DNA of 64,000 nucleotides from Auanema rhodensis (Eukaryota; Animalia; Nematoda). The notes under the pieces were generated by a model that was not told the DNA's origin, made no database searches, and saw only the letters and a program-made list of their open reading frames with translations. The translations under genes and the position numbers were made by a program. Of this stretch, positions 11,101 through 26,305 are shown one piece after another. The stretch covers positions 2,666,001 to 2,730,000 of the forward strand of contig OZ059898.1 in the NCBI GenBank assembly GCA_964057225.1. Direction: 5' to 3'. Within the stretch, counting starts at the first letter, position 1; each line of letters starts with the position of its first letter.

Positions 11101-14100
11101 CTGCGTCGATCTGTGTTATCAGATTTGCGCTAGCTTAAAAATGCACCGAGATATCAACTGATATAAGTTCACACTTATATCCTCGATTTTCACCCTGAAG
11201 AATTAATTTTTTCGTTGAATAACATTGTCCATCGTCTTTGCCTTGAAAAATGGAATCTAAAAACATCTACTTTTTGCTAAATTATTTTGAAATTTTTCGA
11301 AACAAATTTTGTCAAAATGTTTTTGGAAGCAATGTTGAGTGTACATGGAAACTCAACATACACTAATGCATCATTTTTCAAACGGTCATAACTAATTTTT
11401 GTATCAAGCGTTTCTTAATGTAGTATAGTGCATTCGATCCGGATTTTTAAGCTGCGTCGATCTGTGTTATCAGATTTGCGCTAGCTTAAAAATACACCGA
11501 GATATCAACTGATATAAGTTCACACTTATATCCTCGATTTTCACCCTGAAGAATTAATTTTTTCGTTGAATAACATTGTCCATCGTCTTTGCCTTGAAAA
11601 ATGGAATCTTAAAACATCTACTTTTTGCTAAATTATTTTGAAATTTTTCGAAAAAATTTTTGTCAAAATGTTTTTGGAAGCAATGTTGAGTGTACATGGA
11701 AACTCAACATACACTAATGCATCATTTTTCAAACGATCATAACTAATTTTTGTATCAAGTGTTTCTCAATGTAATATAGTGCATTCGATGCGGATTTTTA
11801 AGCTGCGTCGATCTGTGTTATCAGATTTGCGCTAGCTTAAAAATGCACCGAGATATCAACTGATATAAGTTCACACTTATATCCTCGATTTTCACCCTGA
11901 AGAATTAATTTTTTCGTTGAATAACATTGTCCATCGTCTTTGCCTTGAAAAATGAAATCTAAAAACATCTACTTTTTGCTAAATTATTTTGAAATTTTTC
12001 GAAACAAATTTTGTCAAAATGTTTTTGGAAGCAATGTTGAGTGTACATGGAAACTCAACATACACTAATGCATCATTTTTCAAACGGTCATAACTAATTT
12101 TTGTATCAAGCGTTTCTTAATGTAGTATAGTGCATTCGATCCGGATTTTTAAGCTGCGTCAATCTGTGTTATCAGATTTGCGCTAGCTTAAAAATGCACC
12201 GAGATATCAACTGATATAAGTTCACACTTATATCCTCGATTTTCACCCTGAAGAAATAATTTTTTCGTTGAATAACATTGTCCATCGTCTTTGCCTTGAA
12301 AAAAGGAATCTAAAAACATCTACTTTTTGCTGAATTATTTTGAAATTTTTCGAAAAAATTTTTGTCAAAATGTTTTTGGAAGCAATGTTGAGTGTACATG
12401 GAAACTCAACATACACTAATGCATCATTTTTCTAACGATCATAACTAATTTTTGTATTAAGCTTTTCTCAATGTAGTATAGTGCATTCGATGCGGATTTT
12501 TAAGCTGCGTCGATCTGTGTTATCAGATTTGCGCTAGCTTAAAAATACACCGAGATATCAACTGATATAAGTTCACACTTATATCCTCGATTTTCACCCT
12601 GAAGAATTAATTTTTTCGTTGAATAACATTGTCCATCGTCTTTGCCTTGAAAAATGGAATCTAAAAACATCTACTTTTTGCTAAATTATTTTGAAATTTT
12701 TCGAAACAAATTTTGTCAAAATGTTTTTGGAAGCAATGTTGAGTGTACATGGAAACTCAACATACACTAATGCATCATTTTTCAAACGGTCATAACTAAT
12801 TTTTGTATCAAGCGTTTCTTAATGTAGTATAGTGCATTCGATCCGGATTTTTAAGCTGCGTCAATCTGTGTTATCAGATTTGCGCTAGCTTAAAAATGCA
12901 CCGAGATATCAACTGATATAAGTTCACACTTATATCCTCGATTTTCACCCTGAAGAAATAATTTTTTCGTTGAATAACATTGTCCATCGTCTTTGCCTTG
13001 AAAAAAGGAATCTAAAAACATCTACTTTTTGCTGAATTATTTTGAAATTTTTCGAAAAAATTTTTGTCAAAATGTTTTTGGAAGCAATGTTGAGTGTACA
13101 TGGAAACTCAACATACACTAATGCATCATTTTTCTAACGATCATAACTAATTTTTGTATTAAGCTTTTCTCAATGTAGTATAGTGCATTCGATGCGGATT
13201 TTTAAGCTGCGTCGATCTGTGTTATCAGATTTGCGCTAGCTTAAAAATGCACCGAGATATCAACTGATATAAGTTCACACTTATATCCTCGATTTTCACC
13301 CTGAAGAATTAATTTTTTCGTTGAATAACATTGTCCATCGTCTTTGCCTTGAAAAATGGAATCTTAAAACATCTACTTTTTGCTAAATTATTTTGAAATT
13401 TTTCGAAAAAATTTTTGTCAAAATGTTTTTGGAAGCAATGTTGAGTGTACATGGAAACTCAACATACACTAATGCATCATTTTTCAAACGATCATAACTA
13501 ATTTTTGTATCAAGTGTTTCTCAATGTAATATAGTGCATTCGATGCGGATTTTTAAGCTGCGTCGATCTGTGTTATCAGATTTGCGCTAGCTTAAAAATG
13601 CACCGAGATATCAACTGATATAAGTTCACACTTATATCCTCGATTTTCACCCTGAAGAATTAATTTTTTCGTTGAATAACATTGTCCATCGTCTTTGCCT
13701 TGAAAAATGGAATCTAAAAACATGTACTTTTTGCTAAATTATTTTGAAATTTTTCGAAACAAATTTTGTCAAAATGTTTTTGGAAGCAATGTTGAGTGTA
13801 CATGGAAACTCAACATACACTAATGCATCATTTTTCAAACGGTCATAACTAATTTTTGTATCAAGCGTTTCTTAATGTAGTATAGTGCATTCGATCCGGA
13901 TTTTTAAGCTGCGTCAATCTGTGTTATCAGATTTGCGCTAGCTTAAAAATGCACCGAGATATCAACTGATATAAGTTCACACTTATATCCTCGATTTTCA
14001 CCCTGAAGAAATAATTTTTTCGTTGAATAACATTGTCCATCGTCTTTGCCTTGAAAAAAGGAATCTAAAAACATCTACTTTTTGCTGAATTATTTTGAAA

Positions 14101-17100
14101 TTTTTCGAAAAAATTTTTGTCAAAATGTTTTTGGAAGCAATGTTGAGTGTACATGGAAACTCAACATACACTAATGCATCATTTTTCTAACGATCATAAC
14201 TAATTTTTGTATTAAGCTTTTCTCAATGTAGTATAGTGCATTCGATGCGGATTTTTAAGCTGCGTCGATCTGTGTTATCAGATTTGCGCTAGCTTAAAAA
14301 TGCACCGAGATATCAACTGATATAAGTTCACACTTATATCCTCGATTTTCACCCTGAAGAATTAATTTTTTCGTTGAATAACATTGTCCATCGTCTTTGC
14401 CTTGAAAAATGGAATCTTAAAACATCTACTTTTTGCTAAATTATTTTGAAATTTTTCGAAAAAATTTTTGTCAAAATGTTTTTGGAAGCAATGTTGAGTG
14501 TACATGGAAACTCAACATACACTAATGCATCATTTTTCTAACGATCATAACTAATTTTTGTATTAAGCTTTTCTCAATGTAGTATAGTGCATTCGATGCG
14601 GATTTTTAAGCTGCGTCGATCTGTGTTATCAGATTTGCGCTAGCTTAAAAATGCACCGAGATATCAACTGATATAAGTTCACACTTATATCCTCGATTTT
14701 CACCCTGAAGAATTAATTTTTTCGTTGAATAACATTGTCCATCGTCTTTGCCTTGAAAAATGGAATCTTAAAACATCTACTTTTTGCTAAATGATTTTGA
14801 AATTTTTCGAAAAAATTTTTGTCAAAATGTTTTTGGAAGCAATGTTGAGTGTACATGGAAACTCAACATACACTAATGCATCATTTTTCAAACGATCATA
14901 ACTAATTTTTGTATCAAGTGTTTCTCAATGTAATATAGTGCATTCGATGCGGATTTTTAAGCTGCGTCGATCTGTGTTATCAGATTTGCGCTAGCTTAAA
15001 AATGCACCGAGATATCAACTGATATAAGTTCACACTTATATCCTCGATTTTCACCCTGAAGAATTAATTTTTTCGTTGAATAACATTGTCCATCGTCTTT
15101 GCCTTGAAAAATGGAATCTAAAAACATCTACTTTTTGCTAAATTATTTTGAAATTTTTCGAAACAATTTTTGTCAAAATGTTTTTGGAAGCAATGTTGAG
15201 TGTACATGGAAACTCAACATACACTAATGCATCATTTTTCAAACGATCATAACTAATTTTTGTATCAAGTGTTTCTCAATGAAATATAGTGCATTCGATG
15301 CGGATTTTTAAGCTGCGTCGATCTGTGTTATCAGATTTGCGCTAGCTTAAAAATGCACCGAGATATCAACTGATATAAGTTCACACTTATATCCTCGATT
15401 TTCACCCTGAAGAATTAATTTTTTCGTTGAATAACATTGTCCATCGTCTTTGCCTTGAAAAATGGAATCTTAAAACATCTACTTTTTGCTAAATTATTTT
15501 GAAATTTTTCGAAAAAATTTTTGTCAAAATGTTTTTGGAAGCAATGTTGAGTGTACATGGAAACTCAACATACACTAATGCATCATTTTTCAAACGATCA
15601 TAACTAATTTTTGTATCAAGTGTTTCTCAATGTAATATAGTGCATTCGATGCGGATTTTTAAGCTGCTTCGATCTGTGTTATCAGATTTACGCTAGCTTA
15701 AAAATGCACCGAGATATCAACTGATATAAGTTCACACTTATATCCTCGATTTTCACCCTGAAGAATTAATTTTTTCGTTGAATAACATTGTCCATCGTCT
15801 TTGCCTTGAAAAATGGAATCTAAAAACATCTACTTTTTGCTAAATTATTTTGAAATTTTTCGAAAAAATTTTTGTCAAAATGTTTTTGGAAGCAATGTTG
15901 AGTGTACATGGAAACTCAACATACACTAATGCATCATTTTTCAAACGATCATAACTAATTTTTGTATCAAGTGTTTCTCAATGTAATATAGTGCATTCGA
16001 TGCGGATTTTTAAGCTGCGTCGATCTGTGTTATCAGATTTGCGCTAGCTTAAAAATGCACCGAGATATCAACTGATATAAGTTCACACTTATATCCTCGA
16101 TTTTCACCCTGAAGAAATAATTTTTTCGTTGAATATTATTGTCCATCGTCTTTGCCTTGAAAAATGGAATCTTGAAACATCTACTTTTTGCTAAATTATT
16201 TTGAAATTTTTCGAAAAAATTTTTGTCAAAATGTTTTTGGAAGCAATGTTGAGTGTACATGGAAACTCAACATACACTAATGCATCATTTTTCAAACGAT
16301 CATAACTAATTTTTGTATCAAGTGTTTCTCAATGTAATATAGTGCATTCGATGCGGATTTTTAAGCTGCGTCGATCTGTGTTATCAGATTTGCGCTAGCT
16401 TAAAAATGCACCGAGATATCAACTGATATAAGTTCACACTTATATCCTCGATTTTCACCCTGAAGAAATAATTTTTTCGTTGAATATTATTGTCCATCGT
16501 CTTTGCCTTGAAAAATGGAATCTTGAAACATCTACTTTTTGCTAAATTATTTTGAAATTTTTCGAAAAAATTTTTGTCAAAATGTTTTTGGAAGCAATGT
16601 TGAGTGTACATGGAAACTCAACATACACTAATGCATCATTTTTCAAACGATCATAACTAATTTTTGTATCAAGTGTTTCTCAATGTAATATAGTGCATTC
16701 GATGCGGATTTTTAAGCTGCGTCGATCTGTGTTATCAGATTTGCGTTAGCTTAAAAATGCACCGAGATATCAACTGATATAAGTTCACACTTATATCCTC
16801 GATTTTCACCCTGAAGAATTAATTTTTTCGTTGAATAACATTGTCCATCGTCTTTGCCTTGAAAAATGGAATCTTAAAACATCTAATTTTTGCTAAATTA
16901 TTTTGAAATTTTTCGAAAAAATTTTTGTCAAAATGTTTTTGGAAGCAATGTTGAGTGTACATGGAAACTCAACATACACTAATGCATCATTTTTCAAACG
17001 ATCATAACTAATTTTTGTATCAAGTGTTTCTCAATGTAATATAGTGCATTCGATGCGGATTTTTAAGCTGCGTCGATCTGTGTTATCAGATTTGCGCTAG

Positions 17101-20100
17101 CTTAAAAATGCACCGAGATATCAACTGATATAAGTTCACACTTATATCCTCGATTTTCACCCTGAAGAATTAATTTTTTCGTTGAATAACATTGTCCATC
17201 GTCTTTGCCTTGAAAAATGGAATCTAAAAACATCTACTTTTTGCTAAATTATTTTGAAATTTTTCGAAAAAATTTTTGTGAAAATGTTTTTGGAAGCAAT
17301 GTTGAGTGTACATGGAAACTCAACATACACTAATGCATCATTTTTCAAACGATCATAACTAATTTTTGTATCAAGCGTTTTTCAATGTAGTATAGTGCAT
17401 TCGATGCGGATTTTTAAGCTGCGTCGATCTGTGTTATCAGATTTGCGCTAGCTTAAAAATGCACCGAGATATCAACTGATATAAGTTCACACTTATATCC
17501 TCGATTTTCACCCTGAAGAAATAATTTTTTCGTTGAATATTATTGTCCATCGTCTTTGCCTTGAAAAATGGAATCTTGAAACATCTACTTTTTGCTAAAT
17601 TATTTTGAAATTTTTCGAAAAAATTTTTGTCAAAATGTTTTTGGAAGCAATGTTGAGTGTACATGGAAACTCAACATACACTAATGCATCATTTTTCAAA
17701 CGATCATAACTAATTTTTGGATCAAGTGTTTCTCAATGTAATATAGTGCATTCGATGCGGATTTTTAAGCTGCGTCGATCTGTGTTATCAGATTTGCGCT
17801 AGCTTAAAAATGCACCGAGATATCAACTGATATAAGTTCACACTTATATCCTCGATTTTCACCCTGAAGAATTAATTTTTTCGTTGAATAACATTGTCCA
17901 TCGTCTTTGCCTTGAAAAATGGAATCTAAAAACATCTACTTTTTGCTAAATTATTTTGAAATTTTTCGAAACAATTTTTGTCAAAATGTTTTTGGAAGCA
18001 ATGTTGAGTGTACATGGAAACTCAACATACACTAATGCATCATTTTTCAAACGGTCATAACTAATTTTTGTATCAAGCGTTTCTTAATGTAGTATAGTGC
18101 ATTCGATCCGGATTTTTAAGCTGCGTCAATCTGTGTTATCAGATTTGCGCTAGCTTAAAAATGCACCGAGATATCAACTGATATAAGTTCACACTTATAT
18201 CCTCGATTTTCACCCTGAAGAAATAATTTTTTCGTTGAATAACATTGTCCATCGTCTTTGCCTTGAAAAAAGGAATCTAAAAACATCTACTTTTTGCCAA
18301 ATTATTTTGAAATTTTTCGAAAAAATTTTTGTCAAAATGTTTTTGGAAGCAATGTTGAGTGTACATGGAAACTCAACATACACTAATGCATCATTTTTCT
18401 AACGATCATAACTAATTTTTGTATTAAGCTTTTCTCAATGTAGTATAGTGCATTCGATGCGGATTTTTAAGCTGCGTCGATCTGTGTTATCAGATTTGCG
18501 CTAGCTTAAAAATGCACCGAGATATCAACTGATATAAGTTCACACTTAAATCCTCGATTTTCACCCTGAAGAATTAATTTTTTTGTTGAATAACATTGTC
18601 CATCGTCTTTGCCTTGAAAAATGGAATCTTAAAACATCTACTTTTTGCTAAATTATTTTGAAATTTTTCGAAAAAATTTTTGTCAAAATGTTTTTGGAAG
18701 CAATGTTGAGTGTACATGGAAACTCAACATACACTAATGCATCATTTTTCAAACGATCATAACTAATTTTTGTATCAAGTGTTTCTCAATGTAGTATAGT
18801 GCATTCGATCCGGATTTTTAAGCTGCGTCGATCTGTGTTATCAGATTTGCGCTAGCTTAAAAATGCACCGAGATATCAACTGATATAAGTTCACACTTAT
18901 ATCCTCGATTTTCACCCTGAAGAATTAATTTTTTTGTTGAATAACATTGTCCATCGTCTTTGCCTTGAAAAATGGAATCTAAAAACATCTACTTTTTGCT
19001 AAATTATTTTGAAATTTTTCGAAAAAATTTTTGTCAAAATGTTTTTGGAAGCAATGTTGAGTGTACATGGAAACTCAACATACACTAATGCATCATTTTT
19101 CAAACAATCATAACTAATTTTTGTATTAAGCTTTTCTCAATGTAGTATAGTGCATTCGATGCGGATTTTTAAGCTGCGTCGATCTGTGTTATCAGATTTG
19201 CGCTAGCTTAAAAATGCACCGAGATATCAACTGATATAAGTTCACACTTATATCCTCGATTTTCACCCTGAAGAATTAACTTTTTCGTTGAATAACATTG
19301 TCTATCGTCTTTGCCTTGAAAAATGGAATCTAAAAACATCTACTTTTTGCTAAATTATTCTGAAATTTTTCGAAAAAATTTTTGTCAAAATGTTTTTGGA
19401 AGCAATGTTGAGTGTACATGGAAACTCAACATACACTAATGCATCATTTTTCAAACGATCATAACTAATTTTTGTATTAAGCGTTTTTCAATGTAGTATA
19501 GTGCATTCGATGCGGATTTTTAAGCTGCGTCGATCTGTGTTATCAGATTTGCGCTAGCTTAAAAATGCACCGAGATATCAACTGATATAAGTTCACACTT
19601 ATATCCTCGATTTTCACCCTGAAGAATTAATTTTTTCGTTGAATAACATTGTCCATCGTCTTTGCCTTGAAAAATGGAATCTAAAAACATCTACTTTTTG
19701 CTAAATTATTTTGAAATTTTTCGAAAAAATTTTTGTCAAAATGTTTTTGGAAGCAATGTTGAGTGTACATGGAAACTCAACATACACTAATGCATCATTT
19801 TTCAAACGGTCATAACTAATTTTTGTATCAAGCGTTTCTTAATGTAGTATAGTGCATTCGATCCGGATTTTTAAGCTGCGTCAATCTGTGTTATCAGATT
19901 TGCGCTAGCTTAAAAATGCACCGAGATATCAACTGATATAAGTTCACACTTATATCCTCGATTTTCACCCTGAAGAATTAATTTTTTCGTTGAATAACAT
20001 TGTCCATCGTCTTTGCCTTGAAAAATGGAATCTAAAAACATCTACTTTTTGCTAAATTATTTTGAAATTTTTCGAAACAATTTTTGTCAAAATGTTTTTG

Positions 20101-21409
20101 GAAGCAATGTTGAGTGTACATGGAAACTCAACATACACTAATGCATCATTTTTCAAACGATCATAACTAATTTTTGTATCAAGTGTTTCTCAATGTAATA
20201 TAGTGCATTCGATGCGGATTTTTAAGCTGCGTCGATCTGTGTTATCAGATTTGCGCTAGCTTAAAAATGCACCGAGATATCAACTGATATAAGTTCACAC
20301 TTATATCCTCGATTTTCACCCTGAAGAATTAATTTTTTCGTTGAATAACATTGTCCATCGTCTTTGCCTTGAAAAATGGAATCTAAAAACATCTACTTTT
20401 TGCTAAATTATTTTGAAATTTTTCGAAACAATTTTTGTCAAAATGTTTTTGGAAGCAATGTTGAGTGTACATGGAAACTCAACATACACTAATGCATCAT
20501 TTTTCAAACGGTCATAACTAATTTTTGTATCAAGCGTTTCTTAATGTAGTATAGTGCATTCGATCCGGATTTTTAAGCTGCGTCAATCTGTGTTATCAGA
20601 TTTGCGCTAGCTTAAAAATGCACCGAGATATCAACTGATATAAGTTCACACTTATATCCTCGATTTTCACCCTGAAGAATTAATTTTTTCGTTGAATAAC
20701 ATTGTCCATCGTCTTTGCCTTGAAAAATGGAATCTAAAAACATCTACTTTTTGCTAAATTATTTTGAAATTTTTCGAAAAAATTTTTGTCAAAATGTTTT
20801 TGGAAGCAATGTTGAGTGTACATGGAAACTCAACATACACTAATGCATCATTTTTCAAACAATCATAACTAATTTTTGTATTAAGCTTTTCTCAATGTAG
20901 TATAGTGCATTCGATGCGGATTTTTAAGCTGCGTCGATCTGTGTTATCAGATTTGCGCTAGCTTAAAAATGCACCGAGATATCAACTGATATAAGTTCAC
21001 ACTTATATCCTCGATTTTCACCCTGAAGAAATAATTTTTTCGTTGAATAACATTGTCCATCGTCTTTGCCTTGAAAAAAGGAATCTAAAAACATCTACTT
21101 TTTGCTAAATTATTTTGAAATTTTTCGAAAAAATTTTTGTCAAAATGTTTTTGGAAGCAATGTTGAGTGTACATGGAAACTCAACATACACTAATGCATC
21201 ATTTTTCTAACGATCATAACTAATTTTTGTATTAAGCTTTTCTCAATGTAGTATAGTGCATTCGATGCGGATTTTTAAGCTGCGTCGATCTGTGTTATCA
21301 GATTTGCGCTAGCTTAAAAATGCACCGAGATATCAACTGATATAAGTTCACACTTATATCCTCGATTTTCACCCTGAAGAATTAATTTTTTCGTTGAATA
21401 ACATTGTCC

Positions 21410-24400
21410 ATCGTCTTTGCCTTGAAAAATGAAATCTAAAAACATCTACTTTTTGCTAAATTATTTTGAAATTTTTCGAAACAATTTTTGTCAAAATGTT
21501 TTTGGAAGCAATGTTGAGTGTACATGGAAACTCAACATACACTAATGCAACATTTTTCAAACGGTCATAACTAATTTTTGTATCAAGCGTTTCTTAATGT
21601 AGTATAGTGCATTCGATCCGGATTTTTAAGCTGCGTCAATCTGTGTTATCAGATTTGCGCTAGCTTAAAAATGCACCGAGATATATACTGATATAAGTTC
21701 ACACTTATATCCTCGATTTTCACCCTGAAGAAATAATTTTTTTGTTGAATAACATTGTCCATCGTCTTTGCCTTGAAAAAAGGAATCTAAAAACATCTAC
21801 TTTTTGCTAAATTATTTTGAAATTTTTCGAAAAAATTTTTGTCAAAATGTTTTTGGAAGCAATGTTGAGTGTACATGGAAACTCAACATACACTAATGCA
21901 TCATTTTTCAAACGGTCATAACTAATTTTTGTATTAAGCTTTTCTCAATGTAGTATAGTGCATTCGATCCGGATTTTTAAGCTGCGTCAATCTGTGTTAT
22001 CAGATTTGCGCTAGCTTAAAAATGCACCGAGATATATACTGATATAAGTTCACACTTATATCCTCGATTTTCACCCTGAAGAAATAATTTTTTCGTTGAA
22101 TAACATTGTCCATCGTCTTTGCCTTGAAAAAAGGAATCTAAAAACATCTACTTTTTGCTAAATTATTTTGAAATTTTTCGAAAAAATTTTTGTCAAAATG
22201 TTTTTGGAAGCAATGTTGAGTGTACATGGAAACTCAACATACACTAATGCATCATTTTTCTAACGATCATAACTAATTTTTGTATTAAGCTTTTCTCAAT
22301 GTAGTATAGTGCATTCGATGCGGATTTTTAAGCTGCGTCGATCTGTGTTATCAGATTTGCGCTAGCTTAAAAATGCACCGAGATATCAACTGATATAAGT
22401 TCACACTTATATCCTCGATTTTCACCCTGAAGAATTAATTTTTTCGTTGAATAACATTGTCCATCGTCTTTGCCTTGATAAATGAAATCTAAAAACATCT
22501 ACTTTTTGCTAAATTATTTTGAAATTTTTCGAAACAATTTTTGTCAAAATGTTTTTGGAAGCAATGTTGAGTGTACATGGAAACTCAACATACACTAATG
22601 CATCATTTTTCAAACGGTCATAACTAATTTTTGTATCAAGCGTTTCTTAATGTAGTATAGTGCATTCGATCCGGATTTTTAAGCTGCGTCAATCTGTGTT
22701 ATCAGATTTGCGCTAGCTTAAAAATGCACCGAGATATCAACTGATATAAGTTCACACTTATATCCTCGATTTTCACCCTGAAGAATTAATTTTTTTGTTG
22801 AATAACATTGTCCATCGTCTTTGCCTTGAAAAATGGAATCTTGAAACATCTACTTTTTGCTAAATTATTTTGAAATTTTTCGAAAAAATTTTTGTCAAAA
22901 TGTTTTTGGAAGCAATGTTGAGTGTACATGGAAACTCAACATACACTAATGCATCATTTTTCAAACGATCATAACTAATTTTTGGATCAAGTGTTTCTCA
23001 ATGTAATATAGTGCATTCGATGCGGATTTTTAAGCTGCGTCGATCTGTGTTATCAGATTTGCGCTAGCTTAAAAATGCACCGAGATATCAACTGATATAA
23101 GTTCACACTTATATCCTCGATTTTCACCCTGAAGAATTAATTTTTTCGTTGAATAACATTGTCCATCGTCTTTGCCTTGAAAAATGGAATCTAAAAACAT
23201 CTACTTTTTGCTAAATTATTTTGAAATTTTTCGAAACAATTTTTGTCAAAATGTTTTTGGAAGCAATGTTGAGTGTACATGGAAACTCAACATACACTAA
23301 TGCATCATTTTTCAAACGGTCATAACTAATTTTTGTATCAAGCGTTTCTTAATGTAGTATAGTGCATTCGATCCGGATTTTTAAGCTGCGTCAATCTGTG
23401 TTATCAGATTTGCGCTAGCTTAAAAATGCACCGAGATATCAACTGATATAAGTTCACACTTATATCCTCGATTTTCACCCTGAAGAAATAATTTTTTCGT
23501 TGAATAACATTGTCCATCGTCTTTGCCTTGAAAAAAGGAATCTAAAAACATCTACTTTTTGCCAAATTATTTTGAAATTTTTCGAAAAAATTTTTGTCAA
23601 AATGTTTTTGGAAGCAATGTTGAGTGTACATGGAAACTCAACATACACTAATGCATCATTTTTCTAACGATCATAACTAATTTTTGTATTAAGCTTTTCT
23701 CAATGTAGTATAGTGCATTCGATGCGGATTTTTAAGCTGCGTCGATCTGTGTTATCAGATTTGCGCTAGCTTAAAAATGCACCGAGATATCAACTGATAT
23801 AAGTTCACACTTATATCCTCGATTTTCACCCTGAAGAATTAATTTTTTCGTTGAATAACATTGTCCATCGTCTTTGCCTTGAAAAATGAAATCTAAAAAC
23901 ATCTACTTTTTGCTAAATTATTTTGAAATTTTTCGAAACAATTTTTGTCAAAATGTTTTTGGAAGCAATGTTGAGTGTACATGGAAACTCAACATACACT
24001 AATGCATCATTTTTCAAACGGTCATAACTAATTTTTGTATCAAGCGTTTCTTAATGTAGTATAGTGCATTCGATCCGGATTTTTAAGCTGCGTCAATCTG
24101 TGTTATCAGATTTGCGCTAGCTTAAAAATGCACCGAGATATATACTGATATAAGTTCACACTTATATCCTCGATTTTCACCCTGAAGAAATAATTTTTTT
24201 GTTGAATAACATTGTCCATCGTCTTTGCCTTGAAAAAAGGAATCTAAAAACATCTACTTTTTGCTAAATTATTTTGAAATTTTTCGAAAAAATTTTTGTC
24301 AAAATGTTTTTGGAAGCAATGTTGAGTGTACATGGAAACTCAACATACACTAATGCATCATTTTTCAAACGGTCATAACTAATTTTTGTATTAAGCTTTT

Positions 24401-26305
24401 CTCAATGTAGTATAGTGCATTCGATCCGGATTTTTAAGCTGCGTCAATCTGTGTTATCAGATTTGCGCTAGCTTAAAAATGCACCGAGATATATACTGAT
24501 ATAAGTTCACACTTATATCCTCGATTTTCACCCTGAAGAAATAATTTTTTCGTTGAATAACATTGTCCATCGTCTTTGCCTTGAAAAAAGGAATCTAAAA
24601 ACATCTACTTTTTGCTAAATTATTTTGAAATTTTTCGAAAAAATTTTTGTCAAAATGTTTTTGGAAGCAATGTTGAGTGTACATGGAAACTCAACATACA
24701 CTAATGCATCATTTTTCTAACGATCATAACTAATTTTTGTATTAAGCTTTTCTCAATGTAGTATAGTGCATTCGATGCGGATTTTTAAGCTGCGTCGATC
24801 TGTGTTATCAGATTTGCGCTAGCTTAAAAATGCACCGAGATATCAACTGATATAAGTTCACACTTATATCCTCGATTTTCACCCTGAAGAATTAATTTTT
24901 TCGTTGAATAACATTGTCCATCGTCTTTGCCTTGATAAATGAAATCTAAAAACATCTACTTTTTGCTAAATTATTTTGAAATTTTTCGAAACAATTTTTG
25001 TCAAAATGTTTTTGGAAGCAATGTTGAGTGTACATGGAAACTCAACATACACTAATGCATCATTTTTCAAACGGTCATAACTAATTTTTGTATCAAGCGT
25101 TTCTTAATGTAGTATAGTGCATTCGATCCGGATTTTTAAGCTGCGTCAATCTGTGTTATCAGATTTGCGCTAGCTTAAAAATGCACCGAGATATCAACTG
25201 ATATAAGTTCACACTTATATCCTCGATTTTCACCCTGAAGAATTAATTTTTTTGTTGAATAACATTGTCCATCGTCTTTGCCTTGAAAAATGGAATCTTG
25301 AAACATCTACTTTTTGCTAAATTATTTTGAAATTTTTCGAAAAAATTTTTGTCAAAATGTTTTTGGAAGCAATGTTGAGTGTACATGGAAACTCAACATA
25401 CACTAATGCATCATTTTTCAAACGATCATAACTAATTTTTGGATCAAGTGTTTCTCAATGTAATATAGTGCATTCGATGCGGATTTTTAAGCTGCGTCGA
25501 TCTGTGTTATCAGATTTGCGCTAGCTTAAAAATGCACCGAGATATCAACTGATATAAGTTCACACTTATATCCTCGATTTTCACCCTGAAGAATTAATTT
25601 TTTCGTTGAATAACATTGTCCATCGTCTTTGCCTTGAAAAATGGAATCTAAAAACATCTACTTTTTGCTAAATTATTTTGAAATTTTTCGAAACAATTTT
25701 TGTCAAAATGTTTTTGGAAGCAATGTTGAGTGTACATGGAAACTCAACATACACTAATGCATCATTTTTCAAACGGTCATAACTAATTTTTGTATCAAGC
25801 GTTTCTTAATGTAGTATAGTGCATTCGATCCGGATTTTTAAGCTGCGTCAATCTGTGTTATCAGATTTGCGCTAGCTTAAAAATGCACCGAGATATCAAC
25901 TGATATAAGTTCACACTTATATCCTCGATTTTCACCCTGAAGAAATAATTTTTTCGTTGAATAACATTGTCCATCGTCTTTGCCTTGAAAAAAGGAATCT
26001 AAAAACATCTACTTTTTGCCAAATTATTTTGAAATTTTTCGAAAAAATTTTTGTCAAAATGTTTTTGGAAGCAATGTTGAGTGTACATGGAAACTCAACA
26101 TACACTAATGCATCATTTTTCTAACGATCATAACTAATTTTTGTATTAAGCTTTTCTCAATGTAGTATAGTGCATTCGATGCGGATTTTTAAGCTGCGTC
26201 GATCTGTGTTATCAGATTTGCGCTAGCTTAAAAATGCACCGAGATATCAACTGATATAAGTTCACACTTATATCCTCGATTTTCACCCTGAAGAATTAAT
26301 TTTTT
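21410..26305. repeat. 7-monomer (2457-bp) higher-order tandem duplication, 2 copies
   Basis: Diagnostic variants recur at +2457: TTGATAAATGAAA at 22479/24936, GATATATACTG in monomers 21410+21761 and 23867+24218, CTTGAAA+TTGGATC in monomers 22814/25271, TTGCCAAA in monomers 23516/25973. Confidence 0.9.

Noticed and set aside
16033-16260. 75-aa minus-strand ORF MYTQHCFQKH... (also 16384-16611, 17437-17664, 37444-37671) as a CDS
   Set aside because: It lies wholly within satellite monomers, is F/K/N/I-rich as expected from AT-rich DNA, has no recognisable domain, and is interrupted by stop codons in about 178 of 182 units.
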